Of a DNA stretch of 64,000 nucleotides, positions 12,506-31,001 are shown in pieces (the first letter of the stretch is position 1; the number at the start of each line of letters is the position of its first letter). The translations under genes were made by a program, and so were the position numbers. Under the pieces are notes generated by a model. The model was not told the origin of the DNA. It saw only the letters and a program-made list of their open reading frames with translations, and searched no databases. Source of the DNA: the human T2T-CHM13v2.0 reference genome, Homo sapiens; assembly GCF_009914755.1 (NCBI RefSeq), contig NC_060926.1; one strand, given 5' to 3'.

Positions 12506-12840
12506 TCTGGTTGCTGGTCAGGTCTCACCTGGCCCCTCTGCCTGCGATGCTGACAGTGAATCACCCCAAGACCCCGTGCATGGGTGCCGACAGATTCCTT
12601 GATTGGTCTTACAAACTCCAGCAATGGTGACATGGCAAATGCTAGCGTGATCCTTGAACTTTGAGCGCCCCACCTCCAGCTGTTCTCCTCAGGGATGCCT
12701 CATTCCCCTCCTTCCCCCTTTCAACAGGTGGCACAGTGTGATCAGGAGCCCGACTGCCTGGGTTCATAATTCAGCACCTGTGCTCATTAGCTCCGTACTT
12801 TGAGCAAGTCACTTAACGTATCTGCCTGTTTCCCCAGCTA

Positions 12841-13404
<564 letters not shown>

Positions 13405-13528
13405 TCATGGATGCTCCTTGCTCTCCTGGCCCAGATACAAGAAATAAAAACAGCATCTGCCTCGTTTTGCCAACAGGACTTCTGTGTCTTGACCCTTTCT
13501 GCCCACTCAGGTCCCCACTGGCACCAAC

Positions 13529-13825
13529 CTTGGATTGTGAGGGCAGCTGAGTCCTGCACGCCGGGGCAGCTGAAGCCGACCAGGGCACCGCTGTCCTGGT
13601 GCTTGACGGCATGCAGGATGAGTCTGTGCTGCAGACCCTTCTGCTCTATACGGTACCGCAGGGCCCCAGGTTCCACCTGGCCCTCCGGCTCGTTACTCTT
13701 GAGCTCTTCCCCATTAAGGAACCAGGTACCCTGGATGATGGTGGAGAGATCGAGGGAGAAGACGGCATCTTCCCCGTCGTATACCTGCACATCCTCCAGA
13801 CCTGCCACCAGGCGAGCTGTGGGCA
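13529..13825 (-). CDS. OBSL1: OBSL1 exon 5 (Ig-like domain)
   Basis: cctcag|TGCCCA acceptor, AAG|gttggt donor; 297 nt. Confidence 0.95.
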
Positions 13826-13971
13826 CTGAGGCAGGGACAGAGTGCAGCTGTCAGAACTAGAAGGTGTGGCAGAGGGCAGAGGCTGGCGGATGGCAGGCCT
13901 GTGAGAGGACCAGCACTGAGGGCTGGGGAAGGGAGGAGAAGTGATGGGTGGGTCTGGCAGGACCAACTCAC

Positions 13972-14274
13972 CAAGGTGAGCAGAACCGTGGAACACCACG
14001 TGGGGACTACGGCCATGTCCGCTGACTGTGCAGATGCGGAAGCGGTAGTCACCCTCGGAGGGCACACAGTCGCCCGGCACCTCCACGGCTCCGGCTTTCT
14101 CGATGCTGAAGCACTGAATCCAGTCTTCAGAGCCCACTTCCTGCCGCTCCAGCCGGTAGATGAATGGGGTCTCGGGAGCTGGCTCGGGAGGCTTCCAGGT
14201 CAACAGGACCGTGTTCTTGTGGCCCTTGAACATCTCTGCCAATATGGGGGGTCCTGGGGGACTGTGCTTGACAC
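13972..14274 (-). CDS. OBSL1: OBSL1 exon 4 (fibronectin type III domain)
   Basis: PPGPP...LTWKPP...YRFRIC Fn3 signature; tctcag| acceptor, TTG|gtgagt donor; 303 nt. Confidence 0.95.
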
Positions 14275-14416
14275 CTGAGACCAAGGCAGGGATGTGTTCC
14301 GGCCTTGCTTGGGCCTCCACAGCCCTTCCACCTTAAATCTACTTCACCAACCCAGCTCCGGCATCTGGCCAACCTCCTGCCCTGCCTCGCCTGTCCAGAG
14401 GCCTTCCTGCCCTCAC

Positions 14417-14668
14417 ATTTTACTCTGAGAAGCGTAGTGGTACGGGAGTTGCCCAGGCTAAAGGTGACCTCGCCAGCATCCTCTCGGGTGACCCCTGGAA
14501 GGACCAGGGCATGCATGTGGCCTGAGCTGCTCTGGCAGATGACCGGCAGCTCCTCCCCATCACGGCTCCAGCGTCCCTCGACCCCGGCCTCTAGAGTTTC
14601 CACTAGCAGCACAGCATTCTCTCCTTCCAGGACGTCGAGCTTCCGGGGCAGGCGCTTCAGGATGGGCC
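14417..14668 (-). CDS. OBSL1: OBSL1 exon 3 (Ig-like domain)
   Basis: tctcag|GGCCCA acceptor, AAT|gtgagg donor; 252 nt. Confidence 0.94.
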
Positions 14669-14753
14669 CTGAGATGCGGACAGGATTCCATCAACCTGGA
14701 ATCTGAGCACCTGCCTGCCTCCGCCTCAGCCTCTTCCCCACGGGCCAGCTGAC

Positions 14754-15023
14754 CTTTGACTGTGACGTTGGCCACGGTGCGCACCCGGCCCCGCATCTCG
14801 CACAGGTAGATACCATCATCGTCTGCCTTCAGCCTGTGGATGATGAGGCGCCGGACAGTGCCCTCTTCGATCTGCTCGTACTTGCGGCAGGGCAGCAGCC
14901 GCTGGTCCTCACGGAACCAGGCCGTGGGGATGCGGGAGTTGGGTACTTTACATTCCAGCACGGCAATCCCGTGCTCACGGCCCTCCACGTCCTGCAGGGG
15001 CCGTGTGAACCGGAGGCGGGGCT
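14754..15023 (-). CDS. OBSL1: OBSL1 exon 2 (Ig-like domain)
   Basis: ccacag|AGCCCC acceptor, AAG|gtcagc donor; 270 nt; DDDGIYLC. Confidence 0.95.
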
Positions 15024-15447
15024 CTGTGGAGAGGGGAGAGAGAGACAAGAGAGGGCTCTGGAGAAGGCCCAGACTAGGAGTAGGATACCTAGAAGCGCAT
15101 TAGCTCATGCTGTGTGCTCTTCATGCAGAGCCAGCGGGCACTGTGGAATCACAGAAAACTACCAGAAGGGAAGTGGTGGTTCCTAAGATGACCTGAGTTC
15201 TCATCCAGCCCTGACACTAGCCACATCACCTTAAGCAAGTCCATTTCAATGCTTCTGGGCCTCAGTCTCCTTACTTGTAAAATGGGGAAAGGGAGAGAAG
15301 GGGTTGGACCAGATTGATGATTTCCAAACTGTTCCCTGGGGTCCTCCAGGCCCTAGATTGGTGATTTCCAAACTGTTCCCTGGCTCCCCCCGCCCCAGTC
15401 ATTTCACATATTCTGCAAGGGTCTGAGTAGAATTTAAAATATTTTAA

Positions 15448-15744
<297 letters not shown>

Positions 15745-16859
15745 CTATTTTAACCCTTTTCAAAAGTGTATTTCAAAAAAAAAAAAAAAGAAAAGAAAAG
15801 AAAACAGGATGTTGGAAATCAGAGGATTAACTAGGGCTGCTGGAGAAGCAAGTTTTTGTGTGCGTGTGTGTATGCAACTCGGGGAAGCTCCTCTAGCCTT
15901 CCCTCCGGGCTTTTCTTTCCTGATGGAGGTCCAGATCAGCACCAACCTGATGAATCTGTGAGCATTGAACTGTAACAGTGAGGCCACCACCGCAGCCTGG
16001 GGGCAACATGCTTGACTGCATGCCAGGAAGGACTCAGGAGAATTTACCAACTTTTTTTCCTCTAAGAGAAAAAACTGGACAATAACTAGTGAAGGTGTAC
16101 TCTTTTGCGTTGTGATGAAATCCTATTATGGGGAGCGTTACCTTCTGGTGAGTTTGGGGTGTGCTTTTTTTTCCTTTGGAATTTTCTGTTTATGAGAATG
16201 TAACCATTTATTGGATATTGTTGGTGATTCAACTTTGAAATATAAACCTTCTCTCCTTCACCTTCCTCTTCTTGCAAACGTGGGGAGCAGTTTAATCAAA
16301 GAATAGTAAAAACACGCAGGACATTTGTCCTCCCTCAAGTCTAGCTTTCCACTGAATCACTTGTTTCTCAAGGTGACAGATGCAGCCAGGCCGTCCCCAC
16401 AGGGTTCAGAGCCTGGTCTCATGAATGCAGCCTTTAATTCAAATTCCTGTATTCAATAAAATAGCCTCCTTATTCTCACTGATGGTTTAGAAGTACCTGT
16501 TATATACGTAGACTCAGCAATTTACGCCCATAAACTACTCCTTTATCTGTCTCATATATTGGGGCTCTGGTTGTGAATTCAGTGGGGGAAGGAGGAGTAA
16601 AATAACAAAGACGTTGAAAACCACTAGGGAAGAAGAGTTCTAGGGCCCTCCGGATTTGTACATCAATCACTCCTTAGTGGTGTTCCACCATCTGCCTCGG
16701 AATCATTTAAGGAGTTTGCTAAGAAGTTCCTGAGTACCCTGGAGACCTACTAAATCCGAATCCCTGGGGAGTGAGAGGCGGGCGGGTTTGGTATTTTAAT
16801 ATTCCCGCGGACCACCTCTCCTCCAGTCTTGGGGGCAGCGCTGGGCACCGAGGAGGGCT

Positions 16860-18170
16860 GGAGTTCGGAGGGCCTCGGAGGACACTCGAGGCCCCTCCCT
16901 AGGTCCCGGGCTCCGCCGTACCTTTCACGTGCAGCTGCACGGCACTGAGCGTCTGGCCCGCCGAGTTGCGCGCGGCGCAGACGTAGAGCCCACGATCCTT
17001 GGCCTGGCAGTAGAGCACCTTGAGCACGAAGCCGCCGTCGCGGTCGCGGTACATGAGGCGGCGGCGGTCCGGGAGCAGCGGGCGGCCCTCCCAGTGCCAT
17101 TCGATCTCGGGCTCGGGCTTGCCCATCACGTAGCAGCGGAACTTGGCGTGCTTGCCCTCGTTCACCCAGAAGGTCTTAGGCGCGCACTTGAGCGGCTCCA
17201 CCACCGGCGCGGGGGCCTCGTCGGGGTCCGCGGGCGGGCTCTCGGGGGGCTGGTGCACCTGGAGCAGCGCCCCCGCCTGCGCGTGGCCGTGCGCGTTGCG
17301 GGCGTGGCACACGTAGACGCCGGAATCCGGCAGCCGAGCCGCCAGGATGCGCAATGCCAGGCTCGCGCCGGGGCCGTCCTCGGCGCGGCCCGGCTGGAGC
17401 GCGAAGTGGCTGCTGTCCCACACTTCGTCCAGGGCCATCCCGTCCTTCTCCCAGTACAGTGTGGGCTCGGGGAGGCCCCCCGCCCGGCACGTCAGCACCA
17501 CCTCCGCCCCCCGCAGCACCCACTGGGATCGAGGCCCCGTGAGGAAGACCGGGGCGCCCTCCCCGGACCCCGGCGATGGCAGCGGGCGCTCGGCGGGCTG
17601 CAGCTCGGGGTCGGAGGCCGGCGGCTCCAGCACGGTGACGGCGGCCGCCGCGTAGGCCTCGCCGGCCGCGTTGCGGGCGCGGCACACGTAGACCCCCGCG
17701 TCGGTGGGCAGTGCGGCGGTCAGCAGCAGGCCGTGCTCCGCGCCGTCCGCCGGGAAGCTCAGGCGTTCCGAGGCCGCCAGCTGCTGCCCGCCCTTCTCCC
17801 ACACCACTACAGGCGGCGGCTCCCCCAGGACCACGCACTTGAGCTCGGCCTCGGCGCCACTTACCACCCGCACAGGCCGCGGGAAGCGCAGGAAGCACGG
17901 GGGGCTCCCCTGATCCCCCGAGCTCGCCTTCATCGCGGCGGCCGACCGCCTGCAGCGGCGAACGGTGGGGGGGCAGGGGGGGGTGCGGAGGGCGAGCCGA
18001 GGCCCGGGGCGGCGGGGTCGGGGCGCGGCTGGGGACTGGGCGCGGGGACCCGCGGAGCTCTCCCGGGCCTCCCGCTCCCGGCTCGCCTCCTTACCCTCGG
18101 CCCCGAGCTGCAGCTCTGCGGCGGCGGCGGCGGCGATTCCCGGGCCCGAAGCCTGGCGCTCAGGGGGCAG
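16860..18170. promoter_or_regulatory. CpG island over OBSL1 exon 1 and 5' UTR
   Basis: Very high GC and dense CpG by eye, GC boxes, (GCG)n tract near 18118-18134. Confidence 0.88.
16922..17933 (-). CDS. OBSL1: OBSL1 exon 1 coding part (MKASSGDQGSPP..., Ig domains 1-3); obscurin-like protein 1
   Basis: ATG at 17933 in gccgcgATGA context; three I-set Ig repeats; AAG|gtacgg donor; 1012 nt. Confidence 0.97.
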
Positions 18171-18654
18171 TCCTTCCTGTTTGCCTCTCCAGCGAGTGGC
18201 CCCGCAGCCTCCCCTGCCCGCTGCCTGGCTTCCTGCTCTTAGGAGCCTCTCTTCCCAGCCCCCTCCCACAGCTTGGGCCTCTTCCCCCTCCTCCCTCCCA
18301 CCTCCAGCCGCCAGGTCCCCAGCCGCCCGCCAGGCTTGGGCCTGAGTGGCAGAGGCGCCTGCAGCTGCCAATCCCAAAAATATTCTCTGATGACACAGCT
18401 GGAGGACAAGAGCCCAGACTGGCTCCACTGGTCTAAGTATAGAGCAGGCAGGACCACCTGCCCCCGGCCCTAGCCCCGGTTCTAGCCCCGGTTCCAGCCC
18501 TGCCCCCAAGGGCTGGCCGGCCAGCAGCTGCTTATTGAAAGGGGCCCCAGAAGGTCTGAGGGGTGATGCACTTTGTCTCCCTGACAAATAACACTTTCTG
18601 GGGCTGGCCGGCTACAGCTCCCAGGCTCCTGTCCCACCTGATGTCACCTCTGGA

Positions 18655-18754
18655 TGTGTCTGTGTGTGTGTGTGTGAGAGAGAGAGTGTGTGTGTGTGAG
18701 AATTTGTGTGTGTGTGAGTGTGTGTGTGAGTGTGTGTGTGAGTGTGTGTGTGTG
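18655..18754. repeat. Compound (TG)n/(AG)n microsatellite in the INHA promoter
   Basis: About 100 bp of tg repeats interrupted by ag. Confidence 0.95.
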
Positions 18755-18784
18755 TAGGGAGAAGGTGTTGTATGTTTGCATGTG

Positions 18785-18888
18785 TGAGTCAGGTCGCTTG
18801 AGGCGAAATCCTTCCCAGCCCCTCCCCCACATCCCTGGCGGGAGTGGGAGATAAGGCTCATGGCCACAGACATCTGCGTCAGAGATAG
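18785..18888 (+). promoter_or_regulatory. INHA: INHA proximal promoter module: AP-1 TGAGTCA (18785), GATA AGATAA (18849), SF-1/NR5A-like TCATGGCCA (18858), CRE TGCGTCA (18875), GATA AGATAG (18883)
   Basis: Motifs read directly; the GATA-SF1-CRE-GATA order matches the established inhibin-alpha promoter. Confidence 0.8.
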
Positions 18889-19079
18889 GAGGTCTCAATG
18901 CCACGGGCAGGGGCAACTCGGACTGTGGGGCGTGGAAAGGACTGGGGAAGACTGGATGAGAAGGGTAGAAGAGGGTGGGTGTGGGATGGGGAGGGGAGAG
19001 TGGAAAGGCCCTGGGCAGACCCTGGCAGAAGGGGCACGGGGCAGGGTGTGAGTTCCCCACTAGCAGGGCCAGGTGAGCT

Positions 19080-19347
19080 ATGGTGCTGCACCTACTGCTC
19101 TTCTTGCTGCTGACCCCACAGGGTGGGCACAGCTGCCAGGGGCTGGAGCTGGCCCGGGAACTTGTTCTGGCCAAGGTGAGGGCCCTGTTCTTGGATGCCT
19201 TGGGGCCCCCCGCGGTGACCAGGGAAGGTGGGGACCCTGGAGTCAGGCGGCTGCCCCGAAGACATGCCCTGGGGGGCTTCACACACAGGGGCTCTGAGCC
19301 CGAGGAAGAGGAGGATGTCTCCCAAGCCATCCTTTTCCCAGCCACAG
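19080..19347 (+). CDS. INHA: INHA exon 1 (signal peptide and pro-region of inhibin alpha)
   Basis: [19 protein letters not shown]...; CAG|gtaacg donor; 268 nt. Confidence 0.97.
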
Positions 19348-20396
19348 GTAACGAGGGTGGGGGAACCGGCAGGATGACTTTGAGAAAAAGCAAGGCACAG
19401 CATGGGTTTGCAGGCCAGGCGGACCTGGGTTTGAATCCTAGTCCTGCTACTCAGTTGCTTTGCAGCAATAGGCCAGTTACTAAACTTCCTTATGCTTCTG
19501 TCTCCCCATCTGTAAAATGGGCTAATGCCCACCTCTCAGGATTAAGTGAGAGGCTGTACCTAGAGTGCATGGCAGGTGGGAGGCATTTGGGAAGTATGCG
19601 CTGGGAGACCGGGGGTCTCTAAAGATGGAGATATTTGGGCTTGAGCCCCTTCCTGCCACCTTTCCTCCTATCTCTGCCTCTGCTCGCTGCTCCAAACCCT
19701 GTTTCTTTACTCCCAGGTAGCTGACACTGAGAAGCTATCAGAGATACAGGCAAAAGATTAGTTGGGAAACTTTTCTGGAAAACTAGTCTATCTTCTCTTG
19801 AGTTCCTGTCTCAACATATATGTGCCCCCTTGTTCCACTGACTGAACGGATAAGCCCTCCTGTGGGTGGGCTTTCTTGTCATCTGGTCCACCTTTCTCTT
19901 AGAGAGGACCCCTGCCTCCCTCACTTCAGTCCGTTCGCAGCACAGTGGGGAGAAGGATGGCTTTGGGATCAGGCAAAATCCAAGCCTGGCCACTTAGTCG
20001 TTGAACGTCATTTCACCTCTCTAAGCCTCAGTTTCCTTATCTGCAAAATGGACCAATTGTGACTAGATAATGAGAGAAGCCATGTAACAGTATAGTTCCA
20101 ATTGCCAGTCCATGAACGAGTGCTGCTCCAGGATGATTAGTATAATCTATGAGTGTGTCAGTGTGAGGATGCTAACTACACATTCTTGAAAGGACTGCCC
20201 TCTGTTCTGAGTTACAGCCCTCCTCCTTCTCTTCCCCCTCTTCCTTGTTCTCCATTTTCTTCCCTTTCCCACTTGCCTTTCCCTCCTTCTTCTTTTTTTT
20301 TTTTTTTGGTGTAAACCTGTCTTTTAAAAATGGAATTATTTTAAAGAATTTATCCTACAATATTCCTGACATGCCAAAGATATAAAGAGTAATATA

Positions 20397-21044
<648 letters not shown>

Positions 21045-21398
21045 TCACACTATCTGGTGAGTAAGCATTGAAGTCTAATACAAATTCTTAGTGCTGGTGA
21101 AGTGGAGAGAGGGCCTCTTACACACTGCTGATGGGCATGTTAATTGGTAAAACCACTTCAGAGAGAAGTTGGCAATGTCTTCTATTTTTTTAAGTCCCTT
21201 CATGATGAAATTAAAAAATGGGAAGCCTACAGAAGCTCTCCCAAAACTCAGGAGAGTCCCCACGTCCCGGAGGGCGTGGAGCAGAGTGCAGCCCATCATT
21301 GGCTCATGACTGGTGGCCACATCCCTCCTGCTGAAGAGGAGGGGTGCCAGGTCCTGCCAGTCAGGGCTGCCCTCTCCCTTTTCTTCTGTCTCCTGCAG

Positions 21399-22231
21399 AT
21401 GCCAGCTGTGAGGACAAGTCAGCTGCCAGAGGGCTGGCCCAGGAGGCTGAGGAGGGCCTCTTCAGATACATGTTCCGGCCATCCCAGCATACACGCAGCC
21501 GCCAGGTGACTTCAGCCCAGCTGTGGTTCCACACCGGGCTGGACAGGCAGGGCACAGCAGCCTCCAATAGCTCTGAGCCCCTGCTAGGCCTGCTGGCACT
21601 GTCACCGGGAGGACCCGTGGCTGTGCCCATGTCTTTGGGCCATGCTCCCCCTCACTGGGCCGTGCTGCACCTGGCCACCTCTGCTCTCTCTCTGCTGACC
21701 CACCCCGTCCTGGTGCTGCTGCTGCGCTGTCCCCTCTGTACCTGCTCAGCCCGGCCTGAGGCCACGCCCTTCCTGGTGGCCCACACTCGGACCAGACCAC
21801 CCAGTGGAGGGGAGAGAGCCCGACGCTCAACTCCCCTGATGTCCTGGCCTTGGTCTCCCTCTGCTCTGCGCCTGCTGCAGAGGCCTCCGGAGGAACCGGC
21901 TGCCCATGCCAACTGCCACAGAGTAGCACTGAACATCTCCTTCCAGGAGCTGGGCTGGGAACGGTGGATCGTGTACCCTCCCAGTTTCATCTTCCACTAC
22001 TGTCATGGTGGTTGTGGGCTGCACATCCCACCAAACCTGTCCCTTCCAGTCCCTGGGGCTCCCCCTACCCCAGCCCAGCCCTACTCCTTGCTGCCAGGGG
22101 CCCAGCCCTGCTGTGCTGCTCTCCCAGGGACCATGAGGCCCCTACATGTCCGCACCACCTCGGATGGAGGTTACTCTTTCAAGTATGAGACAGTGCCCAA
22201 CCTTCTCACGCAGCACTGTGCTTGTATCTAA
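21399..22231 (+). CDS. INHA: INHA exon 2 (alphaN region, RARR furin site 21815-21826, mature TGF-beta cystine-knot domain from 21827)
   Basis: ctgcag|ATGCC acceptor; CHRV, CHGGC, PCCA, HCACI* cysteine pattern; 268+833 nt = 366 aa plus stop. Confidence 0.98.
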
Positions 22232-22388
22232 GGGTGGGGGGTCTTCCTTCTTAATCCCATGGCTGGTGGCCACGCCCCCACCATCATCAGCTGGGAGGAA
22301 AGGCAGAGTTGGGAAATAGATGGCTCCCACTCCTCCCTCCTTTCACTTCTCTGCCTATGGGCTACCCTCCCCACCCCACTTCTATCTC

Positions 22389-22394
22389 AATAAA
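22389..22394 (+). terminator. INHA: INHA polyadenylation signal
   Basis: AATAAA about 160 nt after the stop. Confidence 0.88.
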
Positions 22395-23416
22395 GAACAC
22401 AGTGCATATGACTTGACATATGTTCTCCAGCTTCTCTGATATGGAGTTGGGCCCCCAGGAGCATGGGACTGTCAGATCTCAGGTCACTCAGCCACACTTG
22501 ACCTCAGAGACATGAAGTTCAAGAGCTATAACTGGATGTGTATTGGTTGGGAATCTACAACGCTTGGGGGTGACATAATAGTGCTCCAAGCTCCTTGGAG
22601 AGCCACCTTGGAGACAGAGCTGGACGCATGCAAGCTGAACCAGACATGTCAATCAGGTTGCCTGCCCTGCACACCTAAGGGAGACTGCTGCACTCACATG
22701 CCCACATCCAAGGCAGCCATAAGTCCCCTCCCCTGCCATTCTCTGCCACAGCTGATGGGCACTTAGCCCGAGGTCAGGTGATTTGTAGCCTGGCCAGAGA
22801 CTGTGGCCTTTGGAGTCCCACTGAGACAATTGTCCAGAGTTGGCCAGACCTTGGAGTTACTTGGGAAGCTTGGGTGGGATGTAAGGGAGAGATATATGTG
22901 TTGGCAGCATCAGAAAGAAATTAACAAGGGCAAAGAGGTGGTGTTGTGTTAAGGTCAGACAGATCACCTGACCAAAGACCTGAGGATTTCCTTTTGCCAA
23001 AGGCCCTTCTTTGAATCCGTCACTGACTCTTGCTGTAGACTCCGTGAGGCCTCCTGCAGTAGGATTCTAGTTCATGAACTCTTTGTCTCCCTTGATGTCA
23101 CCTGTACATGTTTACATAATCCCTTAACTCAGCCCTTAGCATCAGAAGAGTGGAAAGACTGAGGCTATTGCCAGAAAATAGAAAAGCTCTTTTGTGAATT
23201 TGTGCATGCAGGACATGGTGCAAAACAGCACTTTTCTTTTTTCATTGCGTTTCCTATCAGTCCATTCTGCCTCCGGATTTGGGCATGGGGAAGCCCCTCT
23301 CCGCTGGCCTTCCTCCCTGCTTTTTTCACTCTCCTTGTTATCCCCCTGGGTCTCGTTATCCTTGTGCTCCACCCCAGGGTCCCTGCTATCAGCCACTGGT
23401 TCCATCCAGTCTCCAA

Positions 23417-23418
<2 letters not shown>

Positions 23419-23460
<42 letters not shown>

Positions 23461-23471
23461 TGTGTGTGTGT
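23419..23471. repeat. (TG)n microsatellite
   Basis: About 25 TG units with one interruption. Confidence 0.95.
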
Positions 23472-24844
23472 TTAGGGGAAGGGCTGGGATGTTCAGGTCC
23501 ATCAGACTGGAACTTGAGAGCACTTTCTGATATTGACTGCACAACTACAGTGTGTATTTATCTAACCAGAGTCTTTTACTGGTCAAAGACTCCTTTCTAC
23601 CAGCCTGGCTTGATGGGGTGGAAGGGTAAGCGCCTGCTCCAGTGAGCGGTGCAGCGGGAAAGAATCCTATCCCGTCACAGTTACACCAACACCCCTCCCC
23701 CACCGGAGCTAACCTGAATGAGCCACTGTTCCCTGCAGCACAGGAGCCTTCAGAGCCATGTACGTGCTCCTGTACACGCCCCAGTCTCTGTTGACACTGA
23801 GTCCCCCAGAAGGCTGTCACTGTTCTGGAGGGGGAAACCTGCTTGTTTGCAGTCCCCAGCCTCTCCCAGGACCTTCGTGTTGACTCAGCATTGGAAGCGC
23901 TCTGTGCTCAGAGCTCTGTGCATCCCTATTCAGGCAGTGGGCTGGGGAGACAGCTGCTTGGGCTCTGCCAGTGGTGGGAAGGGGAGGTTTTTTCCAAGCC
24001 TGTCTATGTTCTACGTGCTCCCTGCCTGGCTTCTCTGGCTAGATCCTCCCTTCCCAAACAGTGAGGTCTTTCCCTGGGATCTTCAATTTTCCTACTAGGC
24101 TTCAGCTCTTCATTCTTCCTGCTGGGGCCCCCTAGAACCCTGTGTTATCCAGATGCTCCCTGTCCCAGGGATGAGGATGGGCGCTGAGGGCTGGGGGCAG
24201 ATTACTGAGGGGTACAGGATTCTCCACGAGGCCAGTTAGCAGATTGGTATTGCAAGTGAAAAGCGTGCACATGTCTGAGACAAAATGAGAAAAATGAGTA
24301 TGAGGGAGTCTTTCACAAAGCCAAATATATTCATTTTATAAAGGCTATCTTTCAATGCTACCCATTACCTTTTCTGCTTGTGGGTGTGTGACAGTGTTAG
24401 CTCTTTCATGATGTTATGAAGAGGGTAGAAAGTAGTGGTTTTGTTTGTTTGCATTTCTACCCAACAAAATTTAAACTTGGCAATTCCAGTTTGGAATGTA
24501 AGATTTTTCTTTGGAATTTTGTTGCCCTGTGAAATCTGTGAGATCCCAATGTCTGACAGTCACTGTTCGGAGCCACTCCTTCTAAGGTCTCTAATACCTA
24601 GATTCTGCTAACGCAGCAAATTAGGAAAGATGTTCACAGATCCCTAAGAGGGGCTCCACAGTGGCTACGGACATCGTTTTGTTTTCTATCCTCATCAAGA
24701 CACCAGCCCAAGAGCAGTGAATTTCAAAGATGATCCCTGTTCCCAATGCTAATCATTAGGGACGTACTGTGAATACTCTTAGTTTGGAGTCAGTTTAAAC
24801 AGAAAACCCAGCTCCAACTGGATTAGATCAAAAAGTGTATTTAA

Positions 24845-28857
<4,013 letters not shown>

Positions 28858-30364
28858 TCATCAAGTATAGCATAACCTAAAGTTGGGATGGAGTTTAGCT
28901 GTTTCCTAATTAGATTAAAAAGGTGCCTTCTTGTCTCTCCACAGGAGGGGAAGGGGCTACGGCCTGTGTGGCTATGATACATGGGAAAAGAGGGACTACG
29001 TTTATAATATTCAGTTTCCCAATCATAATAAAATCTCCATAAATTTGGTTGGCCGGTTGAATATGCCAGGGCAATCTGGAAGCGGAAGGAAGGGGCAATT
29101 CTCCACGTACCCAACAGTTGGTCTGATTATGTAGAGGCTAAAGCCTGTGCCCACTCGATAAATAAGTTACTCTGCGTGATTCCAACTTGTACTCAAAAGC
29201 AGAATGCCAATCCATATCCTTACGTTACCCAGCCCTTTCTTTTCTTCTGAACAGGAGCCAGAGGTCACTGGTTGGCTCACAGGAATAAGTGGGATCAGTC
29301 TCTTGTGTTCTGTCAGCCTGTGGGACTTTATAAGAGACAGGTTTAATTTGAGATAAATGGCCCCAGCTGTTTATTCCCATTTAACTGCAGTTGGGGTGCT
29401 AAGGAGAGCTTGATAGGGTCCCTTCCATTTTGGGAAAAGTTGATCTGCTGGGGATCCTTCCTTCCAAGTGTTTATAGAACCCAATCTCCTGGCTGGGTTG
29501 TAACTAGAGTCTCTTCCTTAGTGGGGGAAGGGAGTCTTTGATTTCCATATTGAAGGAGTGCATTTTGCACTTGTCCTAAGTTGATTACATAATTTTGTAG
29601 CTTGAAAGTATCTATGTCTATTAGGAGGTCTGTAGTTAAGAAAGGCCTTCTATATGTTATTTCAATATGGCTGAGCTGCAACTTTCCCTTGGGGGCTGCT
29701 GGAATCTGTAACAAGGCTATGGGAAATAAAGATAGCCAGGTTTATGATGTTTCTTGGCATAGTTTAGGAAGAGTCCTTTTTAGAGTTTGATTGGCTCTTT
29801 CTACTGTCCCTGAAGATTGTGGCCTCCATGCCAAGTGAAGGCGGTACTGAATTACTAGGGCTGAAGATATGTTTGGGTAATCATTGCTGTGAAAGATGGA
29901 TCATTATCCCTCTGCAAGCTCTTAGGCAGCCCAAATTTAGGAATTATTTCCTTTAATAGGAATTTAGAAACCTCAATTGCCTTTTCGGACCTCATAGGAA
30001 AAGCCTCAATCCAACCAGTAAAGGTGTCAATGAATACTAATAAATATTTAAACCTTTTACATGGGGGCATCTTAGTATAATCTCTTTGCCAATCTTCACC
30101 AGGGTACATTCCCTTATGCTGAACAGGCCTTACTAAAGAAGGAGATAAAGATTGGTTATTTGGGTTATTCCAGGCACATAGTTCACAGGCCTCAGTTACC
30201 TGCTTTACTGTTTTAAGTAAGTCTTTTCCAGGGGTATGGGACACCAGGCCTAAGTTGGATGTAAACTGGGGGAACATTTAACGTTTTGCCTGGAATCTTA
30301 GTGTCTCATAGTATAGGATTTACTTGGGGGGTTACTTCAATAGGTAAAGTAGATAAGTCCCCTA

Positions 30365-31001
<637 letters not shown>

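Noticed and set aside
16929-18242. 437-aa plus-strand ORF antisense to OBSL1 exon 1
   Set aside because: Shadow ORF of a very GC-rich coding exon; no recognisable domain and no ATG start.
18532-18873. His/Thr-repeat and Cys/Val-repeat ORFs (also 23165-23645)
   Set aside because: Translations of (CA)n/(TG)n microsatellites.
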